This document shows positions 1-12,793 of a stretch of DNA of 64,000 bases, piece after piece. A program made the translations under genes and the position numbers. The stretch covers positions 82,274,001 through 82,338,000 of the forward strand of contig NC_083276.1 of assembly GCF_963506605.1 (NCBI RefSeq), given 5' to 3'. Source of the DNA: Zootoca vivipara. Taxonomy: Eukaryota. Under the pieces are notes generated by a model, which was given only the letters and a program-made list of their open reading frames with translations, ran no database searches and was not told where the DNA came from. Positions within the stretch are counted from its first letter, which is position 1, and each line of letters starts with the position of its first letter.

Positions 1-543
1 AGATTGCTCACCGGGGCAAGATGGTTTGAGCACATTACACTGATCCTGGGCCAACTACACTGGCTGCCAATTAGTGTCTGGGCCCAATTCAAAGTGCTGG
101 TTTTGACCAACACAAAACCTTAAATGGCTCAGGACTGCAATACCTCAAGGCCTCTCTCCATTTGACTCAAACTGGACCCTGCAATCATTCTCTGAGGCCC
201 TTCTTTGTCCTCCTCCTCCAAGAGGGGTCCAGATGGTGGCAACACAAGTTTTCTGCAGTAGCTCTCCAATTGTGGAATGCTTTCCCAGATAATTTCCACT
301 GGTGCCATCATTACCTTTAGGCACCAGGTGAAAACGTTCCTCTTTAACAAGACCTTGGGGGAAGGGTTTTGTTTGTTTATTCTTTGTTTTTGTTCTTGTT
401 TTTATTACGTATTTTGTGTTTTTATCTTGTATTTTTATGCTGTGAACCTCTCTGAGATCTACAGATGAAGGGCACTATGCAAGTTAAATAAGTGAGTAAG
501 CCAGTCAGTCAGTCAGTCAATCAATCAATCAATCAATCAATCA
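1..543 (+). mobile_element. L2 LINE 3' fragment ending in a (TCAG/TCAA)n tail
   Basis: Degenerate L2 ORF2 C-terminus (LHWLPI...QFKVLVLT-like), T-rich 3' UTR and tetranucleotide tail at about 503-543. Confidence 0.65.
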
Positions 544-1054
544 TGACAACCATCTGGCCAGAAACAGACAAGGATTCCTTGGATCAAAATTTCTTTTTAT
601 GCATGTGATTCATAAATGAGATTTATATGCTCATAAATAACAAAAAGTTCTCTGAGAAATGTCCAGGAACTTTGGCATCTCATTGGCATCAGCTGTCTCG
701 CCAGAACATATTTCACATCCTTGCACCTGATTGTGAGTCACAGAGTCACATTGGGGATGCTGACACCTTTATAATAACATTTATTCATTTTTCAAGCAAA
801 ACAAACAAACAAAAACATTTCATATAAATTCATAACTTTTATTAATCAGTGGTATGTGACTCCCCCCCAGTCCCCTCCATCTGAATTTCATATCAAATCA
901 TCTTTGGCAGTTCCAAAATCCAATGCCTCATCAAAATCTAACTATATAAACTTAACCTATTCTCTAAACTTAACCTGTTCTCTACCTTTGACACCTTGTC
1001 CCTATCTGATTTAGTGAAGGTGGTCTTCAGCATGGTGTTGGAGAACCCTAGAAC

Positions 1055-1192
1055 CAGTGCTATTTTTCTGGTAAAAGAGGTGCTAGGACTCACCATGAAC
1101 AACTCTCTTGTTCTCTTAGAATGGCAATGGTGCCCCTCTGAGAGGTGCTAGAACTGTGTTCCAGTGATTCTCAGCAGGAAAAAAAAGCCTTG
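1055..1192. mobile_element. hAT MITE
   Basis: Degenerate TIRs CAGTGCTATTTTTC / GAAAAAAAAGCCTTG; 8-bp TSD cctagaac/actagaac. Confidence 0.6.
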
Positions 1193-1279
1193 ACTAGAAC
1201 TGTTGACTATTGTCTAGGCCTAGGGGACTTCATTGTCATTGTGTATGCTGATGACCAGCTCTCACAGCTCTAGCTTGGG

Positions 1280-1935
1280 CCTTCATGACCACCATAATAG
1301 GCTGATGAAAGGCACTCTGTGCCAATGAAACCACCTGAGCTTCAAGCAATAGCAAAGGGTCCAGAAGTACCCCCAAGCTATGTAACCCACTCCTTCAGAA
1401 GAAGTGTAACCCCAGAGCAGGCAACCTCCCATCCATCCAGCCTAGGGAACCACCCAGAAACAGTGCCTCAGTCTTGTCTGAATTGAGCTTCAGTTGTTGC
1501 CTCTCATCCAATCCATTATCAAGGCAAGACAATGGTCCAGCACATCCCCAGCCACACCTGCAGATGTAAAGGGGAAGTAGAGCTATGTGTCATCAGCATA
1601 TTGCTGACAACATACTCCAAAACTCTGGATAACCCCACTCAGTGGTTTCATGTTAAACAGCAAAGGGGATGAAATTGAACCCTGAGGAACCACACTTTGA
1701 AGGCTCCATGGGGCTGAAGAGCACTCCCCAAGCATCACCCTCTAGAAATGACCATTCAAGCAGGACTGGAACCACTTCAAAGTGGAACTAACTCAGATAC
1801 CCGCTCCAGAAGTGGCTGATGGCATTGAAAGCTACTGAGAGGTCAAGGATAATTAACAGGGACACATTTCCCCTGTCTCTCTCCTGGCAGAGGTCTCCAT
1901 ACAGGGTGGAACCTGGCTTAAATCCTGATTGACAT
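1280..1935 (-). mobile_element. Old L2 LINE reverse-transcriptase fragment
   Basis: Minus strand carries TATGCTGATGACAC (YADDT, about 1587-1600) and a GTTCCTCAGGGTTCA (VPQGS) RT motif; degenerate, boundaries approximate. Confidence 0.6.
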
Positions 1936-2008
1936 GTCCACCATTCATTAGTGAGATTTATATGCTGCTTTATAAGAAAAAGTTATTTCTGGGGTCAGAA
2001 AAACCCCA

Positions 2009-2944
2009 TCATCTTATTAGCACCAATGGTCTCTTCAGAGCATGTTTCACATCCTTGTTCCTCAGGCTATATATCAGGGGGTTAAGCATGGGCATTATAA
2101 TGGTATAAAACAAAGCAATCACTTTGTCCCCGTCTCGTGAGGACTTTGACCTTGGTCGCATGTACATGAAGATGGCTGTCCCATAAAATATGGCGACGAC
2201 AGTGAGGTGGGATGCGCAGGTAGAGAATGCCTTGGCCCTTCCTTGGGCAGTTTGTATCCGCAGCACAGCTAAGAATATGTAGGTGTAGGAGACAATAATT
2301 AACAGGAAGGGAATGAAGACTATGATGATGCTGAAAACAAAGACAACCATTTCAGCAAGGTAAGTGTCGGTGGAAGCCAAAGACAACACTGCTGGCACCT
2401 CACAGAAATAATGGTTCAAGACGTTGGGACCACAGAAAGGCAATTGTAAGGTGAAAATGTTAATAATCATGGAGCTCATCAAACTGCTGCACCAGCAAAA
2501 AGCAGCCAGCAGAGCACAAAGCTTCCAGTTCATGATGGCTGTGTAAAGCAAAGGCTGACAGATGGCCACATACCGATCATAAGCCATGACGCCAAGCAGA
2601 AAGCACTCTGTCATGCCAAACGCCAGGGAAAAATACATCTGGATCGCACAACCCCAGAATAAGATAGTTTTCCTTCTGGTCACAAGGTTCACCAGCATCT
2701 GGGGGACATTGGTGGAGACATAATAAATGTCCAAGAAAGACAAATTGATAAGGAAGAAGTACATGGGGGTATGAAGCCGAGGGTAAACTCTGACAACTGA
2801 GATGATGACGACGTTCCCAAACACTGTGAGCAGGTAACAAGCCAGAAACACCACAAAGAGCACCAGCTGCACCCTTGGATGATCGGAGAACCCCAAAAAT
2901 ATGAACTCGGTCACAAATGTTTTGTTGCAGCCAACCATTTTCAT
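2009..2944 (-). CDS. Olfactory receptor, family 2/13-like (positional candidate for OR2AH1 ortholog), intact 311 aa
   Basis: [27 protein letters not shown] and [12 protein letters not shown] motifs; N-terminal NKT sequon; acceptor ...cctcctcacag at 2956 and donor AAG/GTAAGT at 3141 suggest a 5' UTR intron. Confidence 0.96.
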   Translation of the reverse strand: MKMVGCNKTFVTEFIFLGFSDHPRVQLVLFVVFLACYLLTVFGNVVIISVVRVYPRLHTPMYFFLINLSFLDIYYVSTNVPQMLVNLVTRRKTILFWGCAIQMYFSLAFGMTECFLLGVMAYDRYVAICQPLLYTAIMNWKLCALLAAFCWCSSLMSSMIINIFTLQLPFCGPNVLNHYFCEVPAVLSLASTDTYLAEMVVFVFSIIIVFIPFLLIIVSYTYIFLAVLRIQTAQGRAKAFSTCASHLTVVAIFYGTAIFMYMRPRSKSSRDGDKVIALFYTIIMPMLNPLIYSLRNKDVKHALKRPLVLIR

Positions 2945-3677
2945 TCACATTTAATCTGTGAGGAGGATAAGGGAAAACAGCTGATTAAGTGAAGTGCAGA
3001 ATCAGCACCCAGTGACATATATTGTTCTGGGTCTTTGATGCTCACTGAAGTGATGAGAATGGCAACCCTTGCAAATTTCCTTGTACTCTATGGATGTTCC
3101 ACTGCAGGGGGGACGGGGGACAGACGGTGATGATGACTTACCTTTCCGTGAGAAGAAAACACAATGCAGCTCTGTGTCTTAATGATAGTGTTTTAAATGG
3201 AGACCAGGAAGTAGCGTTTCAACGATGGGGTGGATGCTAAATTTAACTATTATTGATGTTCCAAGACCTCTCTTCCAATTTCTTGGCAGTTTTCTTTCTC
3301 TGCAAAAGAGACTTCTGTTTTTATGTCTCATTTGCAGGTGACTTTAGAATGCTTTTATGCTTCCAGTAAGTATGGGGTTCCACCCCCCACCCCCCGATTA
3401 AATATTTCTCCACTGCTCTGTTGCTTCCATGTTCTGCTTCCTAATCTGAAAAAGTGCAAGGGAGGAGCTGCTCTATGATGTCTTCCCTGTATGGAGAAGT
3501 GTAGGAAACCAGGAATCAGGTTACTAAGAGCCTCAGAATTTTGGTGTTATTTTTTATTATTAAAAAAAAAGGAAGTCCTTTCTTTCATCTTTCAAAATTC
3601 CCTCCCCTATTTCTTTAACAGTAGAAGAGACTTCATTTGAAAAACAGCAACAATGTATAGCTGTCAGAAGCATGGTG

Positions 3678-3771
3678 AAATAAAAAAATTCCTTCAGTAG
3701 CACCTTAAAGACCAACTAAGTTTATATTTTGGTATGAGCTTTCGTGTGCATGCACACTTCTTCAGATACCA
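3678..3771. mobile_element. Short Penelope-like retroelement stub
   Basis: GTAGCACCTTAAAGACCAACTAAG...GAGCTTTCGTGTGCATGCACACTTCTTCAGATAC motif; flanked by the 12-bp direct repeat agaagcatggtg (3666-3677, 3772-3783). Confidence 0.6.
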
Positions 3772-4204
3772 AGAAGCATGGTGGACAGCTTCCCCACCTT
3801 CCAGCACTTACAGGAAAGCTGAACCAAAGATATTATGAGATTTTGAGGAAGCAGCCCCCCCCCCGGGAAGGCTGCAAGCCACTAGAGAGATGCTTTGTAC
3901 AATGAAAGAAAGGAAAGCCATACAAACACCCCTTGAAAGTAAGACAAGCACAACAACCCCACACCTCAAACTTTTCTCTCCCCTTTGATAATTTTCAAGT
4001 GTAATTTCTTTTCTGGTTAATTTATAGGATGCTCTGAAAATCAGAGGAAAGTGTTGGTACAGCACAAGTTTCTAGGTCCTAGCCATAAGTCAGTTGACTG
4101 CAGGAATTCATTAGTAAGGGAAAGGATGAGCGGACAGGCCCTGCAAAATTCCAGACTGTATTTCATGAATACTTATGCAGTAATCAGTATGTTAGTTTTT
4201 AAGG

Positions 4205-4294
4205 CATAGCTGTCAGGTTTTCCCTTTTCTCGCGAGGAAGCCTACTCAGCATAAGGGAATTTCCCTTAAAAAAAGGGAGAACTTAACAGCTATG
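4205..4294. mobile_element. 90-bp hAT MITE
   Basis: TIRs CATAGCTGT/ACAGCTATG; 8-bp TSD ttttaagg; second copy in opposite orientation at 35665-35754. Confidence 0.8.
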
Positions 4295-5078
4295 TTTTAA
4301 GGTACTACAAGACTTTTTGTTAGTGTGCTGCAACAAACCTAACACAGCTATCCTTCTGGAAATTGTTGTATACGGAACTAGTTCCCAGTAAAAAACATAG
4401 TGCACATTGGTGACTTCCTGTTGTTATTAAAGGAGCAAACTAAATAAACTAAAAGCATTAGCATTTTGCCCCATTTTCGCAACACAGTTAGGAAGCAGTT
4501 ATATTACCTGGAGTTCTGTAATTGCCCTGCTGCTTCCCAGAAACACACCCCACAAAAAACCCCCAAAAACCCACAACCCAACCCAACAAGCTCTGAGCTG
4601 AAAAGTTACTGCCAAGGATCCTTTCTTACTCCTCCATTATGTTACTGCAGAGAAAGAAAGAAAAAACCAGGATGGAAAGCAAAGGTTATAGAAAAGTAGG
4701 AGAAGCACTGGGGATTTGATGTCTCTGAAGAGTCACCTCACATTAGTCTGTTACAGCAAACACATACAAAATATTGTGACACAATAAAAGAGGGGGCTTG
4801 GAACCTCTGGTTGTGAGCCAAATAAGGCCTGGTGGGGGTTCCAGTTTGGCCTGCCAGGCCATTTTCTCCAAACCACATCCACTTGCCCCACACCTGATGT
4901 CATGTGCACAGCAGGTAGAGATGTGATAGCAGATTGGGGGCCAAAAAGTGTGCTTCCAATTGCTTCTTTGCAAATGAGTCTAGTTGTCAGTGATGATCAG
5001 TGATGATGACAACAAGCCCCCTGGGTTCCTCTCTGAAATTTAGAAATACTTAAGCCGCTTCTCTTCAGAGAGAGGCAG

Positions 5079-5809
5079 GGTTGCGCATGGGCCTTGTGCT
5101 TTCCGCCTTTCAGCTGGGGACGTGTTTAGGCCCCCGCATCACAGGGAGCCCTGGTGCGCATCATGACCACAGCTGGCCAATCTGGCTGTCTGGGGTATGT
5201 GGCTTGCCGCATCAAAGCGGCCATGCACTTAGGAGATCTCCCTCTTTAATCTGGGCTTCCACGGATCTCCTGCCCTCCTGCCCTTTTTTCTGCCATTCTT
5301 CACCTTGACCTTGCTATGGACTTCGGTTGGTCGCCTGGTAGGAGTTTTTCCACTTGGCAGATTGGCATCAGCCACTTGGTTTTCACCTACCTTGTAGCAA
5401 ATCATCACAACTTTGTAAGGTTAGGCGGTTAGGTATTGGAAAAGCTTGGTTTTTGGGAGGGGAGGTTGTGACCATCACCTACCCCTCCCCTTTAAGGGTA
5501 TTCTGTTAAAGGAATCCAGGGGTCGTGGTTCCTGTCCGGAGCCTGGGTAGTGGCTAGGGCCATGACATGATCTTTCCGGTTACCCTGGGGGAGCTCCTAG
5601 TTGGTGTACATTAGCAGGGCTCCCCCTACAGGTGGTTAACCCTTGTGAGACTTCCTGCATGGTGGACAAAGGTCAGATATAGTCGGTTCGGGTCCAATGC
5701 CTAAAGCCAATACCACTCACATTCTGTAACCGGTAAAAGTCGTGGCCTTCTTTTTGCCGATTAACCTAAAATATCAGTGTCCATGTGTTTTGGGCCTTGA
5801 CGTGCAACA
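5079..5809. mobile_element. Probable solo LTR (Gypsy-like)
   Basis: About 730-bp GC-richer block with termini GTTGCGC...GTGCAACA; no clear TSD. Confidence 0.4.
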
Positions 5810-7997
5810 ATAGTTTAAATAGAAATACATGTCAACTTAGAGAAGCTGTGTGCCAGGTGACTTGAGTGCGCACTCATTCTGCTGCCCAGGTGCTAAGGAT
5901 CTTGGGCAATTTCAAGCCCCTTTTCTCTCTTATTTTCTCTCATCTTAAAATGGGCTTGGGTTGGGGAACCATTCAAATAGAAGACTCCATCAAATAGTAT
6001 TGATTGATTGATTGAATTTATATACCGGCCTATACCTGGTGGTCTCAGGCCAGTTCAGAGGTCTCAGGCCTTCTGAGGGTTGCCTTCTGACTTCAAATAT
6101 AGGAATGCCCTCTGTAAATTAGTACACATGGCCACTATATTTAGTAGTAGGCCTCTTTGTGGAGCAGGGGTTGTTTGAGGATCAGGCTTGGCTAGTCTTA
6201 TAGCTATGAGCATCTTTCTGTCACCAATGGTAACTAATGTGGTGCCCTCCAGATGTTGTTGGACTACAACTCCCATCATCCCTGACCATTGGCCATATTG
6301 GCTGGGACTGGAGTCAACAATATCTGGAGAGCACCATATTGGCTACTCTGGGGAAAATTCCCCTTGAGGGGTTCAAGTATGGAGGCCCACACCAAATTCC
6401 AAATCAGGCAGACTTTATTCAGTAATGCACAATTACAGGACAGAATCCTAAGAATCTTCAATGTATTGCCACTGGGATCCACACTATGTAGGCAACTATA
6501 GACATCATTTTAGTTGTTCACCCTCTACCCAACGACCTGATGCTACCCCAGCACTTTGTCATCTTTCATCCAGCCACAGTCCATGAAATGACCACCTCAA
6601 AACATTTGCAGGAGCAAACAGTATTGAAAGCAGGATTGTGTATGACTGTCTTGAGAGCATCATGAGCACAAATCATCAGGAATGTGTGTAGAATTGGTCT
6701 TTTGAGAAGCAGCCGTACCTTTATCTCAGTGACTGTTGTTATGCTGCATCTTTATGAGGATGCAGAACATATAACTTTACTATGCATTTTTAGCACCATT
6801 TCCCACCACTGGGCTACCCTCCATTTTTGATGCAAGCCTCACATAACCCAGAGTCACATACCGGTAGATCTCCCATAAGTAGCTTGGGAAATAAACCCAA
6901 AAACTTTTAGTGAGTGTAATGTAGTAAGTAGAACTTAAATGATTACTAAGGCTTCAATCCTACACACATACCTGAAAGTCTCATTGAGCTCGATGAGACT
7001 TACTTCTGCATAGCAAAGGATTGAGCTATTAGCTCACCTCTTGATGTAATTTTTCTGGAGTGTTTTTTATAGTTCTTTTTTCTGTCCTGACATAGTCCCT
7101 AATATATTTTGACGAATGAAAGGAAACCATAAAAATTCTTCAGACATTTTTGTTGGCTCCAGACCAAGTTAATCACACTTAGTCCCACTAAAATAAATGT
7201 GAAAGCTTTGTTATGACCATCTTCAGTTCCATGAATACCAACGAGACATAACTGTAATTAATTTTCTCAGACTCCAACTCTTTGGGTACAGAAAAATGTG
7301 AATCAATATAATACTCTCTTAAACTGTTTGCTTTATGTATGGCTCCTCATCGCTCTGCAAGAAAAATTGAGGTAGATAAAAAATTCTAATAACGTTTTTC
7401 ATAAATAAAAACATTTGAAAGTAAAATATTATCATTAACTCTTTTTTGTTTTGAGAATAATTGTGTGTGTGTGTGTGTGTGTGTTTAGTGGAAAATATTG
7501 GGAAATATTGTAATTATTCCAAAACTTGCATTATATTCATAGAGCCACATACATGGAAACAAATATCACAGCTCGTAATGGAAACAAGTCTTCTTCCTTC
7601 TCTTTCTTTAGTATCATAAAATAGCTATTATTGTGTCCTGTAAACCTCTATAGAATCTTGCACAATATTATATTGCAGCATACGACATTGAATGTTTCCC
7701 TCCTCGTAGTGTTTTGAACTTAGCATGTCACCACTGAAGGCTGCCCTGCCGCTTCCCCCCAGGGAAACTCAACATTTAGCGCTGAATCAGAACAAACAGC
7801 AATTGAGTTTTCCACAGGTTACTGTTTGTTCAGATTTAGCACCAAAGAGTGGTTTTTCTGGAGGACAGCGGGAGGCAAAGGCAAAATCATTTGGACCCAT
7901 GCCTATAAAGTCTGGGACAAGTGGAAAACTGCCCAGACCTGTGTTTTCTAGGCAGAAGACAAGCAGAAGTGACTAGAAAGAGCACTGAGAGAAGATG

Positions 7998-8865
7998 TTA
8001 CTGGGATAAAACTTTCTTGCTGACAACTCTTCTAAAAGCTTCCTTCACATCTTTGTTCCTAAGGCTGTATACTAGAGGATTGAGCATAGGAATCACAACC
8101 GTGTAGAACACAGAGGCCCATTTGTCCTGATCTAATGAGTAACTGGATGTTGGTCTCAGATACATAAACATAACTGTCCCATAAAAGAGGGTGACTCCAG
8201 TGAGATGGGAGATAGGAGATAAGGATGATAAGGATGGTGCTGAACTCGATGAAGCCACAGAGGCTGAAGAGGAGGATCTCACTCATGTAGGTGTCAGAGC
8301 AAGACAATGCAAGGAGTGGGGGGATCTCACAGAAGAAATGATTGATGATATTGGAGCCACAGTAATCTAAGCTGAAAGTCAGGCTAGTATGGGACACCAG
8401 GCTTATTAGACCTGCTACGTAGGAACCAATAGCCAGTACCAAACAAACCTGCTTTGACATGACTGTGGTATAATGGAGAGGACGGCAGATGGCCACATAG
8501 CGGTCATATGCCATGGCAGCCAAGACATAGCATTCAGCATCCACAAAGCCTACAAAAAAGGCAAACTGTGTGGCACAGCTGGAGAAGGAGATAATTTTTC
8601 GCTGGCGTAAGAAGTCAGCCAGCATGCGTGGGGCAATGGCAGTAGAGTAGCCCAGGTCCACGAAGGAGAGGTGGCAAAGGAAGAAATACATGGGTGTGTG
8701 GAGTTGCTCATCTACGGTGATCAGGAGGATCATGCCCACATTGCCTACCACATCTGCCAGGTAGATGAAAAGAAAGACCACAAAGAGAGCCATTTCTAGG
8801 CGTGGATTATCTGTGAAGCCCAAGAAAACGAACTCCGTCACCTGGGTATGATTGCCCTCAGCCAT
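7998..8865 (-). pseudogene. OR5AR1: OR5AR1-like olfactory receptor pseudogene (~71-bp frameshifting deletion at 8210/8211)
   Basis: ATG at 8865 just after acceptor ttgtcttcag; N-terminal frame ends ...ILISY and the C-terminal part [11 protein letters not shown]...[10 protein letters not shown] is in another frame; the 24-codon TM5-ICL3-KAFSTC segment is missing; [29 protein letters not shown] and [20 protein letters not shown] match recalled mammalian OR5AR1. Confidence 0.9.
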
Positions 8866-9878
8866 CGTGGCTGAAGACAAATGGGGGGGGGGGTCTTTGG
8901 ATCCAGAGAGAAGACAGAAGACACTACTTGAGTCAGAAGAAATGCTTTGTAGTGTAGAGCATTAGAATGGGAGAAGAGGCAGTTTGCCCCGCTGGACAGA
9001 GAATATGGCACTCCTTCTGCAACTGGGTCCACCAATCACTTCAAGTCCCCTTAGTCAATGTTATGAAATGAACATAAACTATCACTTTCGGTGTTTCTTC
9101 CTAAAGAAAAGAAAGCAGTTATTTTATTATATGGGACCACACTATATAAAATGGAGGATAGTATAATAGTTAAACATTTTTATTCATGAGTTTCCTAGAT
9201 TGGAATCAAAGCATGCCTTAGTTAAAGCCACAGATAGAATATGCTGCTTTAAAAGGTCTTGACCATTATTTGCTCCATTTCTTACAGGATCCCAATAGAT
9301 TGAATAATTTTTTTCATATACTTTGCATGTGGATCTAGAAAAGTGTAGCCAGAGAGTGCAGTAAAAAGGGAAACACATCCAGCGGCACATTTGTGCAGCT
9401 GGTGCAGTTGATTGAGGATATGAAGTTTCTGCAATCATTTCCACCATGGCAGATAGGATTAGGCTAAAGAATGGGACTTCTGGGTGAATAGCTCCTATAA
9501 GACACTCCCTCTCCTCTTTTCCTGACATAGGAGGAGTCTGGTGTTATGAGAGATCTTCCACAAATTTCCCTCAAATCACTAATCTGTGGGAGAAGGGGAG
9601 AAAGCATCTATACTCTCCTGATGTTACTCTTCTCCTGCTACCATCTCTTCTTCCTGAGAGCTAATTGATCTTCTAGTCTTCTGCCCAACCTCCCCTGAGA
9701 GAACCATGAGAACAGCACAGGGCCTGGAACTTTCCATTCTCCTACTAGTTCACTTGGTTATATCCATGGTCTCTGTAGCACCCTGTTTGCCTGACTTATT
9801 CCAGATTCCATTTTATATTTTGGCTCTTCAACTGAAGTAAATATTCCCTGTGCAGATCCCTCTGAGTTGTTAGCTGTG

Positions 9879-10411
9879 CCAGGTGGCGCTGTGGTTAAAC
9901 CACAGAGCCTAGGGCTTGCCGATCAGAAGGTCGGCGGTTCGAATCCCTGTGACGGGGTGAGCTCCTGTTGCTTGGTCCCAGCTCCTGCCAACCTAGCAGT
10001 TCGAAAGCACGTCAAAATACAAGTAGATAAATAGGAACCGCTACAGCGGGAAGGTAAACGGCGTTTCCATGTGCTGCTCTGGTTTGCCAGAAGCAGCTTT
10101 GTCATGCTGGCCACATGACCTGGAAGCTATACGCCGGCTCCCTCGGCCAATAATGCGAGATGAGCGCGCAACCCCAGAGTCGGTCACAACTGGACCTAAT
10201 GGTCAGGGGTCCCTTTACCCTTTACAGCGGGAAGGTAAACGGCGTTTCCATGTGCTGCTCTGGTTTGCCAGAAGCGGCTTTGTCATGCTGGCCACATGAC
10301 CTGGAAGCTATACGCCGGCTCCCTCGGCCAATAATGCGAGATGAGCGCGCAACCCCGGAGTCGGTCACGACTGGACCTAATGGTCAGGGGTCCCTTTACC
10401 TTTACCTTTAC
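9879..10411 (+). mobile_element. Sauria SINE with tandem-duplicated 3' half
   Basis: tRNA-like head (GGTGGCGCTGTGG...GGTTCGAATCCC) and (ACCTTT)n tail; 181-bp duplication 10042-10222 / 10223-10403. Confidence 0.9.
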
Positions 10412-10459
10412 TATAAAAGAAGATAATGACCCTGAGATTGTCCTGATTTTGAATATATA

Positions 10460-10745
10460 AACATTAAGAAGCTAAGCAAACCCCTGCTGGATTAGGATGA
10501 AGTCCTCTTAAATTCAGCATTCTGCTCTCACAGCAGCCAAGCAGATGCCTATGGAAAGTCCAAAAGCAGGACATGAATGAAATAGCACTCTCCTCACTTG
10601 TGATTCACAGCATATAGTATTGCTGCCTGTAACAGTGGAGGTAGAACATAACCACTGTGCAGAGCAGCCACTGATAGTCTTTTCTTCCGTAAATTTGTCG
10701 AATCCTCTTTTAAAGCCATCCAGGTCAGTGGCCATCACTGCATCT
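10460..10745 (-). mobile_element. CR1 LINE 3' fragment
   Basis: Minus ORF MATDLDGFKRGFDKF resembles the CR1 ORF2 C-terminus, followed by 3' UTR. Confidence 0.6.
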
Positions 10746-11812
10746 TACTCACCAGGCATTTTAATCTGACTACCCTTGGAAGAGCACAGCATTGTGGGTT
10801 GTTAAATATTGTTGTGCCCATCTGTTGCCCATTTCTAGCAGTAAAACAAACAAACAACAACAACAACAACAACAACAACTGCTTTCAGGAGATTCTTGCT
10901 TGGATTTCAATGTCAACTTGAGTAAGAATTATAAGCAAGATGGAATCTCTAGCATGGACGATGTTTGCTAGGGGGTTCCTCAAGCAGAAACCTTGACTTC
11001 TTAAATTTCCAAAATTCCCTCATCTACTTACACAACCTTGAACCCCTCCTGCTTTGAAAAGCTTTATCCCACCTGGAAGTCAGATGCTCAGTCCGTACTT
11101 TTGCCCCCTCCTCTGCTTCTTAGCTATTGTAAACTGGCAAGTCAGAAAGGTGGTATTTATTTATCCAGCTTAGATGGCTGATGCAAGGATTACATAGCTC
11201 CACAGGAACCCATTAAAAATACTTCTCAAGGGTACCCCTCCCCTTGTCACTTTCTCCCTTCCATCCTTACAGAGATAATTAAAGATGTTAATTGAAGTTC
11301 TTTCTCTTGAACCTTTCCTCAGCAACACAAATTTTGTGCTGTTATACAGAAAATTATACCTAGAATTGACTCAGTCCCCCCAATATGTCCTAGTATCCTC
11401 CTCAGCCAAATGTGGATGGTGCTTCCTTTGAAGTTCCTTTTCTGGAAGTAGAGTATCTCATAATTAAAACTGTCATGGATTCCTCCAAAGATCATTGAAA
11501 TTATATTTTGAGTGGATACTTAATGAGAAGTCATTGTTAGACATTGATGTTCCCCACCTCACAGAACTACAACTTCTTCCATGATTCTCTGGAGAAAGGG
11601 AACGACTACCTAAATACTTTAAGTATATGATGTTATATACCATAGCCCACCAGCCTATTTCTTTTAAACCTAAAGTTGGAAGCTTAGTCCTATGCCGTAG
11701 TCCTCCTGCATTTCTGAATATATCCACTGAGGGGTGAGAGACTCTGTGTTGGCCAGCAGGTACTGTAATGGCTTTTCCACCTTTGTCCCATCCTCAAGCC
11801 CTAGGAACTTTC

Positions 11813-12005
11813 NNNNNNNNNNNNNNNNNNNNNNNNNNNNNNNNNNNNNNNNNNNNNNNNNNNNNNNNNNNNNNNNNNNNNNNNNNNNNNNNNNNNNNNN
11901 NNNNNNNNNNNNNNNNNNNNNNNNNNNNNNNNNNNNNNNNNNNNNNNNNNNNNNNNNNNNNNNNNNNNNNNNNNNNNNNNNNNNNNNNNNNNNNNNNNNN
12001 NNNNN
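11813..12005. other. Assembly gap
   Basis: Run of N. Confidence 1.
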
Positions 12006-12236
12006 GACCCTGTTTGCTATCAGGAGTTGGTTGGTTTCACCTTTGCCACCCCACCTCTAGCCCGAGGAACCTTCAGAAGGGAGTTGCTGCTGCAGGCATT
12101 ACGTATGTGTATGTGTATTCTAATGAGCTGAACAGAGTGAAAGATTATGAGTCATAGGGGTGGGAGTGTGTGTGTGTGTGAACATAACAGTGCTTAGTTT
12201 ATTTTCTGGTTGCTATTTTGTTAAGTGTTCTGACTA

Positions 12237-12428
12237 CAGTGGTACCTTGGGTTACCGACGCTTCAGGTTACAGACTCCGCTAACTCAGAAATAGTACCTC
12301 AGGTTAAGAACTTTGCTTCAGGATGAGAACAGAAATCGTGCTCCTGCGGCGCGGTGGCAGCAGGAGGCCCCATTAGCTAAAGTGGTGCTTCAGGTTAAGA
12401 ACAGTTTCAGGTTAAGAATGGGCCTCCA
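12237..12428. mobile_element. Tc1/mariner-type MITE, one end truncated
   Basis: TA + CAGTGGTACCTTGGGTTAC terminus; same family as 14270-14510 and 15691-15915. Confidence 0.75.
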
Positions 12429-12542
12429 TCAGGTAACATACATACACTCATATTGAAAGACATTATGACAACAGTTCTTTATTAGCTAGCCTATGTACCA
12501 TTCCTTATACATTTCCTCCTTTAAATAGACTTATTTGGTATA

Positions 12543-12793
12543 CAGTCATACCTTGGTTTTCGAACAGCTTAGTTCACAAACAACTAGGAACTCGAACGTC
12601 GCAAACCCAGAAGTAGGTGTTCCGGTTTGCAAACTTTGCCATGGAAGCCAAATGTCCGGTACAGCTTCTGCAGCTTCCAATTGGCTTCAGGACGCTCCTG
12701 CAGCCAATCAGAATTCACGCCTTGGTTTCTGAACATTTCAGAAGTCGAACGGACTTTCGGAACGCATTCTGTTCGAAAACCAAGGTACGGCTG
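12543..12793. mobile_element. Tc1/mariner-type MITE
   Basis: TIRs CAGTCATACCTTGGTTTTCGAAC / GTTCGAAAACCAAGGTACGGCTG; TA TSD. Confidence 0.8.

Noticed and set aside
2577-2948. Alternative-frame and antisense ORFs overlapping OR genes (also 52092-52565, 58889-59284)
   Set aside because: Expected by-products of OR codon composition with no independent support
9879-9960. tRNA-like A and B boxes (also at other SINE heads)
   Set aside because: They are Sauria SINE heads, not tRNA genes
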